A DNA stretch of 64,000 nucleotides from positions 241,117-305,116 of the forward strand of contig CAIMDG010000002.1 of NCBI GenBank assembly GCA_903839725.1, given 5' to 3'. This document shows positions 30,299-40,216 of the stretch, in pieces. The notes under the pieces were generated by a model, which saw nothing but the letters and a program-made list of their open reading frames with translations, made no database searches and was not told the DNA's origin. Every line of letters begins with the position of its first letter. Positions within the stretch are counted from its first letter, which is position 1. A program made the position numbers and the translations under genes. The stretch comes from an uncultured bacterium (GTDB taxonomy: Bacteria > Patescibacteriota > Minisyncoccia > Phycocordibacterales > PALSA-1337).

Positions 30299-31645
30299 AT
30301 GAATCCTCACTCAAAAATGTGGCAGACTGCTTTAATAGAAATCGAGACCGCAGTCTCACAGGCAAATTTTTCAACTTGGTTCAAAGAGACACGTATATTA
30401 AAAGAAGAGGAGGGTGTCATATTTCTCGGAGTCCCTAACTCATTCACCCAAGAATGGCTCTATAAGAAGTTTCATAACTCTATTCTGCGTATATTGAGAC
30501 AAATGAATGATGGTGTGAGAGCACTCGAATACGTCGTAGTCAAAGATGAAGAGAAGCGTGGTGGTGAATCAAAGAAAAATGGCTTTGTAGCACCTACTCT
30601 TTCTATGCCTTTGCAGGATTTCTACATAAACAAAGAAGATAACCTCAATCCACGCTATACATTTGATAACTTTGTTGTTGGACCATTCAATGAACTGGCT
30701 CATGCAGCCTCACAGACAGTTATAAAGAACCCTGGACATACCTATAACCCACTATTCATCTACGGAGATACTGGTCGTGGTAAAACACACCTTATGCAGG
30801 CAGTGGGGAACCAGATCAAGAAGCTATACCCAGACAAGAAGTTGTTCTATATGACATCAGAACGTTTTGGTTCAGAGCTATTCATCGCCATCCAAGAAAA
30901 TAAGGTTCAACAATTCAAGGACAGATATAGAAAATATGATGTTGTGATCATGGACGATATCCAATTCTTCGCAAACAAGGAGAAGTTCCAGGAAGAACTC
31001 TTCCATTTCTTCAATACATTCAAGGATAGTGGTCGCCAACTCATCTTTTCTTCAGATAAACACCCAAATATCATCACGGGCCTTGAAGATCGCCTCCGTG
31101 GACGATTTAGTGCGGGAATGGTTGTAGATATACCTGAACCTGACCTAGAATCTCGTATGGTAATAGTGCGTGCAAAGTGTGCAACACACAATATAACTCT
31201 TCCTGAAGATGTTATTGAACACCTCGCTTCATCCATCGAAGACAATATCCGTGAAATAGAGGGGATTATCAACGTTATCTCATGCCAAACACAACTCAAA
31301 AATAAACAGTTATCATTGAATGAAATAAAGAATATCCTCAAAAATAACACCAAACCAAAGAAAACTCTCTCAGTAAAAGAGGTAGTAAAGATTGTTTCTG
31401 ACTTCTATAACATAGACGAGGAGAGTATTAACAATAAAACTCGCAGAAAAGAGGTTGTTCGCCCTCGCCAGGTTGTTATGTACATCCTCAGAGAAGATTT
31501 TGGTATGTCATTTCCTTCAATAGGGGAGAAGTTGGGAGGAAGAGATCACACAACAGTCATTCACTCGTACGAAAAAGTGAAGGAGGAAATAAAAACTGAT
31601 ACATTATTGTCTCAGGAGATTGGACAGGTGCGTTCAATGTTATAA
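30299..31645 (+). CDS. dnaA: Chromosomal replication initiator DnaA
   Basis: LNPRYTFDNFVVG, YNPLFIYGDTGRGKTHL, DDIQF, GGRDHTTVIHS; start moved to ATG 30299. Confidence 0.98.
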   Translation: MNPHSKMWQTALIEIETAVSQANFSTWFKETRILKEEEGVIFLGVPNSFTQEWLYKKFHNSILRILRQMNDGVRALEYVVVKDEEKRGGESKKNGFVAPTLSMPLQDFYINKEDNLNPRYTFDNFVVGPFNELAHAASQTVIKNPGHTYNPLFIYGDTGRGKTHLMQAVGNQIKKLYPDKKLFYMTSERFGSELFIAIQENKVQQFKDRYRKYDVVIMDDIQFFANKEKFQEELFHFFNTFKDSGRQLIFSSDKHPNIITGLEDRLRGRFSAGMVVDIPEPDLESRMVIVRAKCATHNITLPEDVIEHLASSIEDNIREIEGIINVISCQTQLKNKQLSLNEIKNILKNNTKPKKTLSVKEVVKIVSDFYNIDEESINNKTRRKEVVRPRQVVMYILREDFGMSFPSIGEKLGGRDHTTVIHSYEKVKEEIKTDTLLSQEIGQVRSML

Positions 31646-31866
31646 GTATGTGGATAAGGTGGGGTATATATGTGAATAGTACTGGGAATAGTATCTTATA
31701 AGAAAATGTTTTTAAAAGAGAAAGGGTAATAAGAAAAAGATGTTGGAATGTTTCCACATACAAATTTAACAAAGACATATAAAATAAACTTATATATAGC
31801 CATATAAAAAGATATCAACATATTCACAGATATAATGACACTATTTTAAATATATAAACTAAAAAC
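31646..31866. other. Candidate oriC (dnaA-dnaN intergenic region)
   Basis: Perfect DnaA box TGTGGATAA 31649-31657, variants TGTGAATAG, GTTTCCACA, ATATTCACA; very AT-rich. Confidence 0.7.
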
Positions 31867-32973
31867 ATGAAATTCGAAACAAATTTACAAAAGTTAAAGG
31901 AGGCAGTGACTCTCGCAGAGCATATAGCGGGAATACATATCACTCTACCAGTCCTCTCTTGTATTCTGATAGAGGTAAAAAAGAATATTGCTATGCTCCG
32001 TGCAACAAATTTGGATGTTGGCATGGAAATTTTATTGTCTGTTAAGACCCATGAAGAGGGGGTTGTGGCTATTCCTGCGAAAACACTCTCTTCTTTCCTT
32101 TCTCAAATTCCCGATCAAAATCATGTCGTTCAACTGGAACTTATTTCTGGAAACATTCAAATAATTTCTGCAAAAACCCGCGGTGTTATAAAAACGATGC
32201 CAATAGAGGACTTTCCTTCAATTCCTTCAATTCCAGATGCTGAACAATTTACTCTTTCTAGCGAACTTTTTGTGAAAGGTTTGAAGTCTGTTTGTTATAG
32301 TGCTTCAATATCGAGCGTAAAACCAGAACTTTCCAGTGTATATGTATATAAAGATGCTGGAAATGTGACCTTTGTTGCAACAGACTCCTTCCGCTTGGCC
32401 GAGAAGAAGATAAAAATAAACATTCCTTCACAGTTTAATGATATCTTGATTCCCTCCAAGAATGTGTCTGAAATAATCCGTACACTCGAATATATTGCTT
32501 CTGATGTTCAGGTTGCCTCAAATAAAAACCTTATTTCATTCAAATCAGGGGATATATACATCGTTTCTCGCGTGATTGATGGTGTATTTCCCGATTATCG
32601 ACAAATTATACCCAAGAATTTCAGTACGGAGGCAATTGTGCTTAAGCAAGATTTCCTCAATGCTCTCAAGGTTTCGAATATATTTTCTGATAAATTCAAT
32701 CAAGTTCATATTACCGTTGATCCAAAAGGGAAGGTGTTCGAAATACAGACAAAAAATGTTGATGTGGGAGAAAATAAGACCCTTGTTGACGCCGCACTTA
32801 CTGGCGAACGTGTTGAAATAAATTTTAACTACAAATACATCGCTGATAGTTTTCAGTCAGTTGATTCAGACAGTGTATCCCTTCAGTTTACTGGCTTGAA
32901 TAGACCGATGGTGGTCAGACCAATTTCTGGAGAACAATCATTCATGTACTTGGTGATGCCAATGAATAGGTAA
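31867..32973 (+). CDS. dnaN: DNA polymerase III beta clamp
   Basis: LRATNLD, VATDSFRLAE, SRVIDGVFPDY, YLVMPM. Confidence 0.97.
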   Translation: MKFETNLQKLKEAVTLAEHIAGIHITLPVLSCILIEVKKNIAMLRATNLDVGMEILLSVKTHEEGVVAIPAKTLSSFLSQIPDQNHVVQLELISGNIQIISAKTRGVIKTMPIEDFPSIPSIPDAEQFTLSSELFVKGLKSVCYSASISSVKPELSSVYVYKDAGNVTFVATDSFRLAEKKIKINIPSQFNDILIPSKNVSEIIRTLEYIASDVQVASNKNLISFKSGDIYIVSRVIDGVFPDYRQIIPKNFSTEAIVLKQDFLNALKVSNIFSDKFNQVHITVDPKGKVFEIQTKNVDVGENKTLVDAALTGERVEINFNYKYIADSFQSVDSDSVSLQFTGLNRPMVVRPISGEQSFMYLVMPMNR

Positions 32974-32977
32974 TACC

Positions 32978-33238
32978 ATGTTCAATATAGGACAGTTTTT
33001 CAAGAATATACAAAACCGTCACACAAAGGAGCTTTTTGTACGTTCTGTTATTCAAGAATCAATCAATCAGAATGTTGGTGTAAAGATTCCTCTTGAAGAT
33101 ATAACCCTTTCTTCAGGGGTTATTACTTTGAAAAACATTAGTTCAGGTCTACAATCTACTATTTTTATCAAGAATCAAAAAATAATAGATTCTATAAATA
33201 GTACGCAAACGATTCAGAATATCACTACAATTCGATAG
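32978..33238 (+). CDS. Small protein, possibly DciA (DUF721)-like
   Basis: GVITLKNISSGLQSTIFIKNQKIIDSIN pattern and position after dnaN. Confidence 0.5.
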   Translation: MFNIGQFFKNIQNRHTKELFVRSVIQESINQNVGVKIPLEDITLSSGVITLKNISSGLQSTIFIKNQKIIDSINSTQTIQNITTIR

Positions 33239-33239
33239 A

Positions 33240-35780
33240 TTACTGTTGAGTGGCGAAGTCTACAGAAGCCTCGGCTTTATTGAATACCGAGTCGTAAACG
33301 GTCACGGAGAGGGTGCTGGTTGAAGAAAGATCGCCACCTACATCTGCAGGAACAAAAGATATATTGAGTGGGTTATTTTCTGTACTTAGAACATATTTAC
33401 CATTGAGAGATACTTCAGTCTTCTGTATAGGATACATTCCCGATGATTGTAATTGAAGAGAGAGGGGTACGCTCGGATTGATGATCGAATTTGAAATAGG
33501 AGAAAGGATTGATATGTGAGGAGCTGTTGCCGGTGTGTGAACAGTGTCTTTTTCAGTAGGAACAGAGAATGTTGCACCTTCAACAAATTCAGGATGAGCT
33601 ACTTTCCATGTATCAAACCACTTTCGTGCCCCATATTCCCAGTAAGAATATTGTGAGTCTTTGGTTGGATCAGCAGGCGCTGGACCACGAGGATTACTTG
33701 GGTCGACCCATTGAAGAATAGTATGAACACTCGGAACAACAAGATCTTTTTGTGTTTCAGCAGGTGTGTATTCAGTAGCTAGTTTTCCAGAGATTGAATC
33801 TATCTTATATGAAACACCTCCTTGCCAAATACCACGTAAAGGAGTTGGGCCATCAGTAAGTGGGGGTGGGGGAGTTTGAAAATTTTCAGGAGGGAAATTC
33901 TTTGCAACTTGTGATACGAATGCTCCCCAGAGAGGAGAAATAATCAGACCAGCCACATTCTGGGACATAGGAGTGTTATCATTTTTTCCTGCCCATGCAC
34001 CAACAACAAGGTTCGGTGTGTATCCAAGGATCCACACATCACGGAAGTCGTTGGTTGTACCTGTTTTGATGGCTACTTGTCTACCAACACTATCGGCAAT
34101 TTGTCTCAAGCTTGCCATGCGTACCGCAGGATCAGAGAGGATATCTGATATTTGTCGAGCAATTTCTGGGGCAAGAACTTGCGCGGGGTTAGTTTTTGAT
34201 TCTTCGAGAACATTTCCCTTATTGTCTATAACTTTCAATATTGAGCGATACGGATTGCGTATACCATCGTTCGCAAATACACCATACGCACTTGTCATAT
34301 CGAGTAAACTCACTTCGCCTCCTCCGAGAGTAAGGCTGAGACCATACCTGTCAGGATCATTGAGGCTTGTAATACCCATGTCGTGTGCTGTTTGTATAGA
34401 ATCTTTGATCCCTGCGAGGTATAGAGCCTTTACCGCGGGGATATTTCTCGATTCAGCGAGTGCTTGTTTGATAGTGAGTGGGCCCTCAAACTTTGAGTCA
34501 TAGTCATTGGGGGAATAACAGACTTTTGTTGGATCGTCATTTGGATTGTTCGGTTTTCCATCAACAGAGCAGAGTGTCGAAAATTCTGTTTCAGCATCAA
34601 AGAGGATAGTTTGAGGAGTGTAACCTTTCTTGAAAAGAGTTGAATAGACAAAAGGTTTGATTGTTGATCCTGGTTGACGTTGTGCAAGTGCAATATTGAA
34701 GTTTCCATCGACAGAAGAGTCAAAATAATCCTTTGATCCGATCATGGTTAGTATATCTCCCGTTTTGGGGTCAATCGCAACCATAGCAGTATTACTTGCA
34801 TTGAATGTTGAGGTCATTGAAGGAGCAAATTTCTTTACAGAATCCTCAGCTTTCTGTTGCATTGCATAGTCCAATGTCGTTATGATTTTAAGACCGCCAC
34901 TCATGGCTGCCTCCTCTCCATATTTTTGAGTTATGTAGTCACGGACGAACATAACAAAATGTGGTGCACGAATACTTCCTGAATTTTTTGAGAGGAATTC
35001 AACTTTTTCTTTGACTGAAGTATTGTAGTCGGCCTGTGTAATCATTCCTACGTCGAGCATGCGCTGAAGGACGAGTCTGTGACGAGAATCAAGTTCTGCT
35101 CGATGTGTACCGTATGGTGAATAGTAGGTTGGGGCTTGGGGGATAGCGGCAAGATATGCAGCCTGTGCTAATGTGAGGTCTTTTGCAGGGTGTCCGAAGA
35201 ATTGCTGACTAGCTTCTTCAACACCAAAAGTCGTTCCTCCGTACGAAGTTTCATTAAGATATGTCTCCAATATCTTCTCCTTACTCATGATTTGAGTGAG
35301 CTTGATAGCGAGCACCCATTCCTTTATTTTTCTTGATATTGTCTTGTCTTGGGTGAGTAAAGAGTTTTTGACCACCTGTTGAGTGATAGTTGAAGCTCCT
35401 TGACCATAGCCACCTGAAGCAATGTTTGCAAAAACCGCACGAATGATTGATGTTGGTTCAATACCTATGTTGTTGTAGAAGTTTGTGTCCTCAATAGCTA
35501 TCGTCGCTCGTTGTACGAGAGGGGATATGTCTGACAGAGCGAGAGTTGTTCGTTTTGCATCTGTGCCGGTATCATACAAAAGTATTGTTCCTGTACGATC
35601 GTATATTTTTGTTGAATCTGAAACTTTTCGATTCTCAAATGAACTCAAATCAGGAATCTTGAGTGTAGCTACCCATAGTGAAGTTAGTCCAGCACCAATA
35701 AAGAATAAAGATATGGCAACAAGTATCGCTGAGCGAATGTGGCGTCTATGTTTGTGATGATGTTTTGGGTGCTGGGTCAT
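33240..35780 (-). CDS. Class A penicillin-binding protein (PBP1A family)
   Basis: AIED..F, GASTITQQVVKN, RQPGSTIKP (SxxK), SRN, KTGT. Confidence 0.95.
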   Translation of the reverse strand: MTQHPKHHHKHRRHIRSAILVAISLFFIGAGLTSLWVATLKIPDLSSFENRKVSDSTKIYDRTGTILLYDTGTDAKRTTLALSDISPLVQRATIAIEDTNFYNNIGIEPTSIIRAVFANIASGGYGQGASTITQQVVKNSLLTQDKTISRKIKEWVLAIKLTQIMSKEKILETYLNETSYGGTTFGVEEASQQFFGHPAKDLTLAQAAYLAAIPQAPTYYSPYGTHRAELDSRHRLVLQRMLDVGMITQADYNTSVKEKVEFLSKNSGSIRAPHFVMFVRDYITQKYGEEAAMSGGLKIITTLDYAMQQKAEDSVKKFAPSMTSTFNASNTAMVAIDPKTGDILTMIGSKDYFDSSVDGNFNIALAQRQPGSTIKPFVYSTLFKKGYTPQTILFDAETEFSTLCSVDGKPNNPNDDPTKVCYSPNDYDSKFEGPLTIKQALAESRNIPAVKALYLAGIKDSIQTAHDMGITSLNDPDRYGLSLTLGGGEVSLLDMTSAYGVFANDGIRNPYRSILKVIDNKGNVLEESKTNPAQVLAPEIARQISDILSDPAVRMASLRQIADSVGRQVAIKTGTTNDFRDVWILGYTPNLVVGAWAGKNDNTPMSQNVAGLIISPLWGAFVSQVAKNFPPENFQTPPPPLTDGPTPLRGIWQGGVSYKIDSISGKLATEYTPAETQKDLVVPSVHTILQWVDPSNPRGPAPADPTKDSQYSYWEYGARKWFDTWKVAHPEFVEGATFSVPTEKDTVHTPATAPHISILSPISNSIINPSVPLSLQLQSSGMYPIQKTEVSLNGKYVLSTENNPLNISFVPADVGGDLSSTSTLSVTVYDSVFNKAEASVDFATQQ

Positions 35781-35875
35781 ATGGTCGTCATTATATCATT
35801 AAGGATAATCAAAAACGCCCCCTAACTGTGGGCATTTTTTGATTATTACTCATTGAGTAATTAAAGAAAAGTCTT

Positions 35876-36151
35876 TTATATTTCGTATTTGTCTCCAAAT
35901 GGATCAACTTCTTCGTCATCGAGGCCAACTTCTTCAGAACCAAGTGAATCCTCATCATCTGTTACCACAGGCAGATCATCATCAGTTTTTTCTTCTACAG
36001 CACCAACCACAGGTTCAGGCTCATCGATTTCGATGATTTTTGGAGCCTTTGCGGGAAGTTCCTCTTCTTCGTGTTCCTCTGTATGATCAACACGTTTCTT
36101 TTCTACGGCCTTACCTTTTTGTTTAGTTTTTGTTGCTCGATTGTGTGGCAT
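35876..36151 (-). CDS. Small acidic hypothetical protein
   Basis: Basic N-terminus, acidic C-terminus ending DPFGDKYEI; GGAG before ATG 36151. Confidence 0.65.
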   Translation of the reverse strand: MPHNRATKTKQKGKAVEKKRVDHTEEHEEEELPAKAPKIIEIDEPEPVVGAVEEKTDDDLPVVTDDEDSLGSEEVGLDDEEVDPFGDKYEI

Positions 36152-36245
36152 GCTCCTTAAATTAAGCTCGTAATTTTTGTATGTGAATAGTTGTAACAAA
36201 GCTTGGGGTTTTTTGCAATAAAAGAGAGCTGTGGATAGTGTGGTC

Positions 36246-36408
36246 GTGTCCTCGCACAACATGACTCTCTTCCGTCGCCTGCCCAGTGGAGGCCGTGCTC
36301 GCCCTCGGGCGCTGATCGCTGGGCCTTCGGCGGCCCGACTCGCTAGTCGTCATCCTCGGCGCACTTCAGAAAGTTTTGCTGCGCAGTAATACGTTTTTGC
36401 GGGGACAC
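36246..36408 (-). repeat. Hairpin element family C, long copy C1
   Basis: Minus strand AGTGCGCCGAGGATG..CCAGCGATCAGCGCCC..GCAGGCGACGGAAGA shared with C2; GC-rich, closed by GTGTCCTCGCA/TGCGGGGACAC. Confidence 0.8.
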
Positions 36409-36884
36409 TAATTCTTCACATGAGCCGAATGGGTGAGTGCTACGGCAATCGCATCATATTCATCGTCGAGGGCTTTCTTCGTTGGTAGGATAATGAGTAG
36501 GCCAAGCATTTTGAATATACGATCCTTGCTACTTGTACCATCACTCGTTATGGCCATTTTGACTTGCATAGGAGCATATTCGAATACTGATACATTTCTC
36601 CGTGTAGCTTCATAGATGATAATTCCACGAGCCTCAGCAACACGCATGGCCGTCTTTTGATTCTTGGTGATGAATAGTGTTTCTAGCGCTATTGCGTCAG
36701 GCTTGAATCGGTCGAGGATTTTTCCTGTTTCAGTACCAACTTGGTTGAGTCGGGTGTAGATGGAATCTTTTGAATTGGTTTGTAGACAGTCAGAATAGAG
36801 AAGGGTTTCTTTACCTATTTTTGGTTTCTCTATGATGGCCATACCGAGACGGTCATAGCCCGGATCAATGCCGAGGATTTTCAT
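36408..36884 (-). CDS. ruvC: Crossover junction endodeoxyribonuclease RuvC
   Basis: MKILGIDPG, ALE.LF, AEARG, EYAP.QVK, DDEYDAIAVA. Confidence 0.95.
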   Translation of the reverse strand: MKILGIDPGYDRLGMAIIEKPKIGKETLLYSDCLQTNSKDSIYTRLNQVGTETGKILDRFKPDAIALETLFITKNQKTAMRVAEARGIIIYEATRRNVSVFEYAPMQVKMAITSDGTSSKDRIFKMLGLLIILPTKKALDDEYDAIAVALTHSAHVKN

Positions 36885-37762
36885 TATTTTTTTACTGTAA
36901 TCCCACGTCGTTCGAGAGTTGCACTGACCCAAGGATTCACTGAAAGAACTTTCTCTATAAATTCAGGCGTGAAGTGTCTTCTGTCTAGCGTGTCTAGGAG
37001 TTGATGACTTTTTTTAATAGCTTTAACTAACAAATCTTGATTTTTGAATATCATACCCCCTTCAGCTGAACTTTCTCCATCTATGAACGGTGTCGCGATG
37101 AGGGCTTTGAGTAGAAAGTCTTCATTTGCCAACAATTCCGGGGATAGAAATCTGACATATGATTCCCTTATCTTTATGAGAGCAAGGCCAAAATCTATAT
37201 TTGTATTGAGTTCAGGAAGTGTTGCTATGCCGCGTATGTCTAAGCCATATAGCTTTTTGAAAGTAGCAAGACCATACCCGCCGTAATTATTTGTAAACTC
37301 ATTGATCAAACGAATGGCTGCTTCTGGATTTTTCTTGAGTATAGATATGAGACATTCTGGAGAACCTCCGGGGAGGAGCTCGTATATCTCGAGAATACTT
37401 CGGGGACTTTTGTTGATAACACCTTCAAATAAGTCTGCGTCGGCAATTACTTCACTTTTCTTTTTTTCAGATAAGTATTTGAAACAGTAGAAATTATATG
37501 AGAGTGCGTCTTTGATAAATTCCTTATTTAGCAACAAACTATCATCAGCATCCTGAATAAGAGAGGGGTGAAGTCCTATTACCCGTGCCATAAATTCAGG
37601 GTCTTTATTCAGACCACTTCTTCGAACTGCACCAGCTTGCTGTATAGTTGCAAGTTTTTTGATACGTTCAAATTCCTCGTCACGAAGTTCATTCCAGGCT
37701 GTTTTTTCGGCTTCTGATGACTGATCGATTTTCCCTACAACAGCTTTGAAGGCATCTTCCAT
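36884..37762 (-). CDS. Hypothetical helical-repeat (DUF4116-like) protein
   Basis: Repeats such as LNKDPEF, LLLNKEFI, LSPELLANEDFLLKA. Confidence 0.65.
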   Translation of the reverse strand: MEDAFKAVVGKIDQSSEAEKTAWNELRDEEFERIKKLATIQQAGAVRRSGLNKDPEFMARVIGLHPSLIQDADDSLLLNKEFIKDALSYNFYCFKYLSEKKKSEVIADADLFEGVINKSPRSILEIYELLPGGSPECLISILKKNPEAAIRLINEFTNNYGGYGLATFKKLYGLDIRGIATLPELNTNIDFGLALIKIRESYVRFLSPELLANEDFLLKALIATPFIDGESSAEGGMIFKNQDLLVKAIKKSHQLLDTLDRRHFTPEFIEKVLSVNPWVSATLERRGITVKK

Positions 37763-37774
37763 ATATTTTGGGAA

Positions 37775-38305
37775 TTACTCCGCATTCGTATATACATTTT
37801 GAACCTCATCATTTTCTTCAAGTTCTTCAACGAGTTTGGTGAGCACTTCGATGTCCGCATCCTCGAGTGGCATAGTAGATGTTGCTTCCCAGACATTATT
37901 CTTCTTATGAAAGGCCCATGAAGCACTACCAGGGGAGGCGAGTTCGAAACCATTCTTGCTCAGGATGTGTTTCACTTCTTGAGCAGCCTTGTTTCTGTTA
38001 TCGGTAAGAGCATCGATAAGAATAGCTACACCGCCAGGACCATAACTCTCATACACGATTGATTCCATGTCTGCAGAATTGTCAGTTGTTGCTTTCTTGA
38101 CCGCACGATCGATAGTATCGTTAGGCATATTTTCTGCACGAGCCTTTTCGATAGCTGCTGCAAGACCTGGTGAAGAGAGAACACCTTTTGCTTTCTTTGC
38201 TTCAACGGTAATGAGGCGAACGAGCTTACCAAAATTTTTACTCTTCTGAGCATCATTCTTGGCTTTGATATGCTTTATTTTTGAATATTTGTTATGGCCT
38301 GACAT
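37775..38305 (-). CDS. yebC: YebC/PmpR-family protein (short form)
   Basis: MSGHNKYSKIKH, YESYGPGGVA, TDNRN, DEVQNVYTN. Confidence 0.93.
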   Translation of the reverse strand: MSGHNKYSKIKHIKAKNDAQKSKNFGKLVRLITVEAKKAKGVLSSPGLAAAIEKARAENMPNDTIDRAVKKATTDNSADMESIVYESYGPGGVAILIDALTDNRNKAAQEVKHILSKNGFELASPGSASWAFHKKNNVWEATSTMPLEDADIEVLTKLVEELEENDEVQNVYTNAE

Positions 38306-38310
38306 AAGGA

Positions 38311-38343
38311 TAGTTTACAGTGAAAAGTGCAAAATGCAAAGTT
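38311..38343. repeat. Heptamer-repeat inverted arm (family E), downstream side of the four-helix-bundle gene
   Basis: AGTGCAAAATGCAAAGTT 38326-38343 pairs perfectly with 38746-38763. Confidence 0.85.
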
Positions 38344-38352
38344 ATGAAATGA

Positions 38353-38718
38353 CTATTTATTTTTTAATGATTTTACGGTTGAACCGAGGATTTTTGATAT
38401 TTCCTGAGCTTCTTTCAATAGTAAAGTTGCAGATTCTTTACTTTTTGGCTCAGTATCTTTAAGGAGAGCAATCCAATACCTACTTTCATTCGAAGACTTA
38501 AGGGCATGATTAATAAAATGAGAAAAATCTTTTCTGGTAGAGCAAGCTTGGGCCTCTACAATATTTGCTCCAATACTGGTTGCACTACGGATTAACTGTT
38601 TTGAAATTACTTCAGTAACAAAATCTTTACTAGAGATAGATCTTATTAGTTTAATTACAGAGATAGAAAAACCGTATGTACGCTTTATTAAGGCTTCTTT
38701 ATATGTCTTATTATCCAT
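38353..38718 (-). CDS. Four-helix-bundle protein (23S rRNA-IVP / Avd-like family)
   Basis: KQLIRSATSIGANIVEA..DF.HF...ALKS.NESRYW. Confidence 0.92.
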   Translation of the reverse strand: MDNKTYKEALIKRTYGFSISVIKLIRSISSKDFVTEVISKQLIRSATSIGANIVEAQACSTRKDFSHFINHALKSSNESRYWIALLKDTEPKSKESATLLLKEAQEISKILGSTVKSLKNK

Positions 38719-38745
38719 ACTTAAAACTATATCATTAACAACTTA

Positions 38746-38779
38746 AACTTTGCATTTTGCACTATAAACTTTTCACTAT
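38746..38779. repeat. Heptamer-repeat inverted arm (family E), upstream side of the four-helix-bundle gene
   Basis: AACTTTGCATTTTGCACTATAAACTTTTCACTAT. Confidence 0.85.
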
Positions 38780-39786
38780 AATAATTTCCCCGACCCCTTC
38801 ACTCCAAGATGATTGTACGCTTTATCAGTTGCGATTCTTCCACGAGGTGTTCTTTCGAGAAGTCCGAGTTGGATCAAATATGGTTCATATACTTCCTCGA
38901 TTGTTGCTTGTTCTTCAGAGAGAGCAGCTGCGACCGTATTCAAGCCAACAGGCCCACCACCAAATTTATTAATGATGACATTGAGGATTTCGCGGTCAGC
39001 GCTAGTGAGACCGATCTTGTCGACACCGAGCATAGATAAAGCCTTCTCAACAACTTCCTTGGTGAGTGTTGTTTTGTTGATCTGAGCATAATCACGACAA
39101 CGTTTGAGATGATAGTTGGCAGTACGTGGCGTGAATCGGGAACGAATAGCAATTTCTTTCACTGCATCAGGGTGTATTTCTATGTCGAGAATCTTCGCAG
39201 ACCTCTTGATGATCTCTGCAATTTCGTTATCCGAATAAAATTCAAGCTTGAATACTCCTCCCGAGAATCGGGAACGAAGTGGTGCGGATATCATAGCTAC
39301 ACGAGTCGTTGCTGCTATCAATGTGAAAGCAGGAAGGTCAAGCTGAATCGTTCGTGCCGAAGGACCTTTGCCGATAATGATATCAAGCATGCCTGATTCC
39401 ATGGCAGGGTAGAGAACTTCCTCGATAGCTTTGTTGAGACGATGAATTTCATCGATGAATAGAATATCTCCTGCAGATAAGTTGGTGAGTATTGATGCAA
39501 GATCTCCGATTTTCAAAATCGCAGGTCCAGAAGTTACTTTCATCTGTGTACCCGTTTCTTTTGCGATGAGGTGGGCGAGTGTGGTTTTTCCGAGACCTGG
39601 AGGGCCATAGAAAAGGATGTGCTCAGGTGGATGATTGCGCTCTTTTGCTGCGGTGAGGAGAATATGGAGGTTGTCTTTGATGTTCTTTTGCCCAATGTAT
39701 TCAGCCCACTTCGCAGGACGTAGGGTTTGGTCCAAAAAACCAACGTCTTTCTCATCTATAGGGTTTTGTGGGGAAGTACTTGACAT
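38776..39786 (-). CDS. ruvB: Holliday junction helicase RuvB
   Basis: LRP..YIGQ, GPPGLGKTTLA, FIDEIHRL, LYPAME, RTPRGR. Confidence 0.98.
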   Translation of the reverse strand: MSSTSPQNPIDEKDVGFLDQTLRPAKWAEYIGQKNIKDNLHILLTAAKERNHPPEHILFYGPPGLGKTTLAHLIAKETGTQMKVTSGPAILKIGDLASILTNLSAGDILFIDEIHRLNKAIEEVLYPAMESGMLDIIIGKGPSARTIQLDLPAFTLIAATTRVAMISAPLRSRFSGGVFKLEFYSDNEIAEIIKRSAKILDIEIHPDAVKEIAIRSRFTPRTANYHLKRCRDYAQINKTTLTKEVVEKALSMLGVDKIGLTSADREILNVIINKFGGGPVGLNTVAAALSEEQATIEEVYEPYLIQLGLLERTPRGRIATDKAYNHLGVKGSGKLL

Positions 39787-39822
39787 TTATATTAGTGTAT
39801 GCTAAGGTGTTACAGAAGAAGC

Positions 39823-39892
39823 AGGATTCACGATCCAAGATTCAAGAATAGTCGCAATACCATATTGTGTCTATTCTTGAATCTTGAATCCT
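39823..39892. repeat. Heptamer-repeat hairpin (GATTCAA units)
   Basis: GATTCAC-GATCCAA-GATTCAA-GAATAG ... CTATTC-TTGAATC-TTGAATC. Confidence 0.75.
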
Positions 39893-39917
39893 ACATCATG
39901 TTTTTTAATGCGCTCCT

Positions 39918-40081
39918 TTCGAACGTATGAACCTCTAAGCAATGGCCTTCCCAGGTTTGGGTGTAATGCTAAGGACATGTTGGTTGTTATGCTTGCATAA
40001 CGTACTGAAATTATCCTCGGGATTCCACCTCGCTTGACGCATCACGCGACAAGATATTGCTTAGAGATTCCTATGTTTGAA
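39918..40081. repeat. Long stem-loop element (family D) or ncRNA
   Basis: 26-bp arms (22/26) at 39918-39943 / 40056-40081; a 17/18-nt fragment recurs at 62836. Confidence 0.65.
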
Positions 40082-40216
40082 TATACATCGCCGACAAGGC
40101 GGTTTATTCGTATATGAGGTGATACTTCTGGATATATCCTACTCTTGTCGCACTATAAAAATCAATTGACAGTGGGGATAAAATGGTTGGTAAGATGACG
40201 ATGGTAAACCTAGTTT

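Noticed and set aside
36181-36240. DnaA-box-like TGTGAATAG and TGTGGATAG as a second origin
   Set aside because: Only two imperfect boxes and no clear unwinding element.
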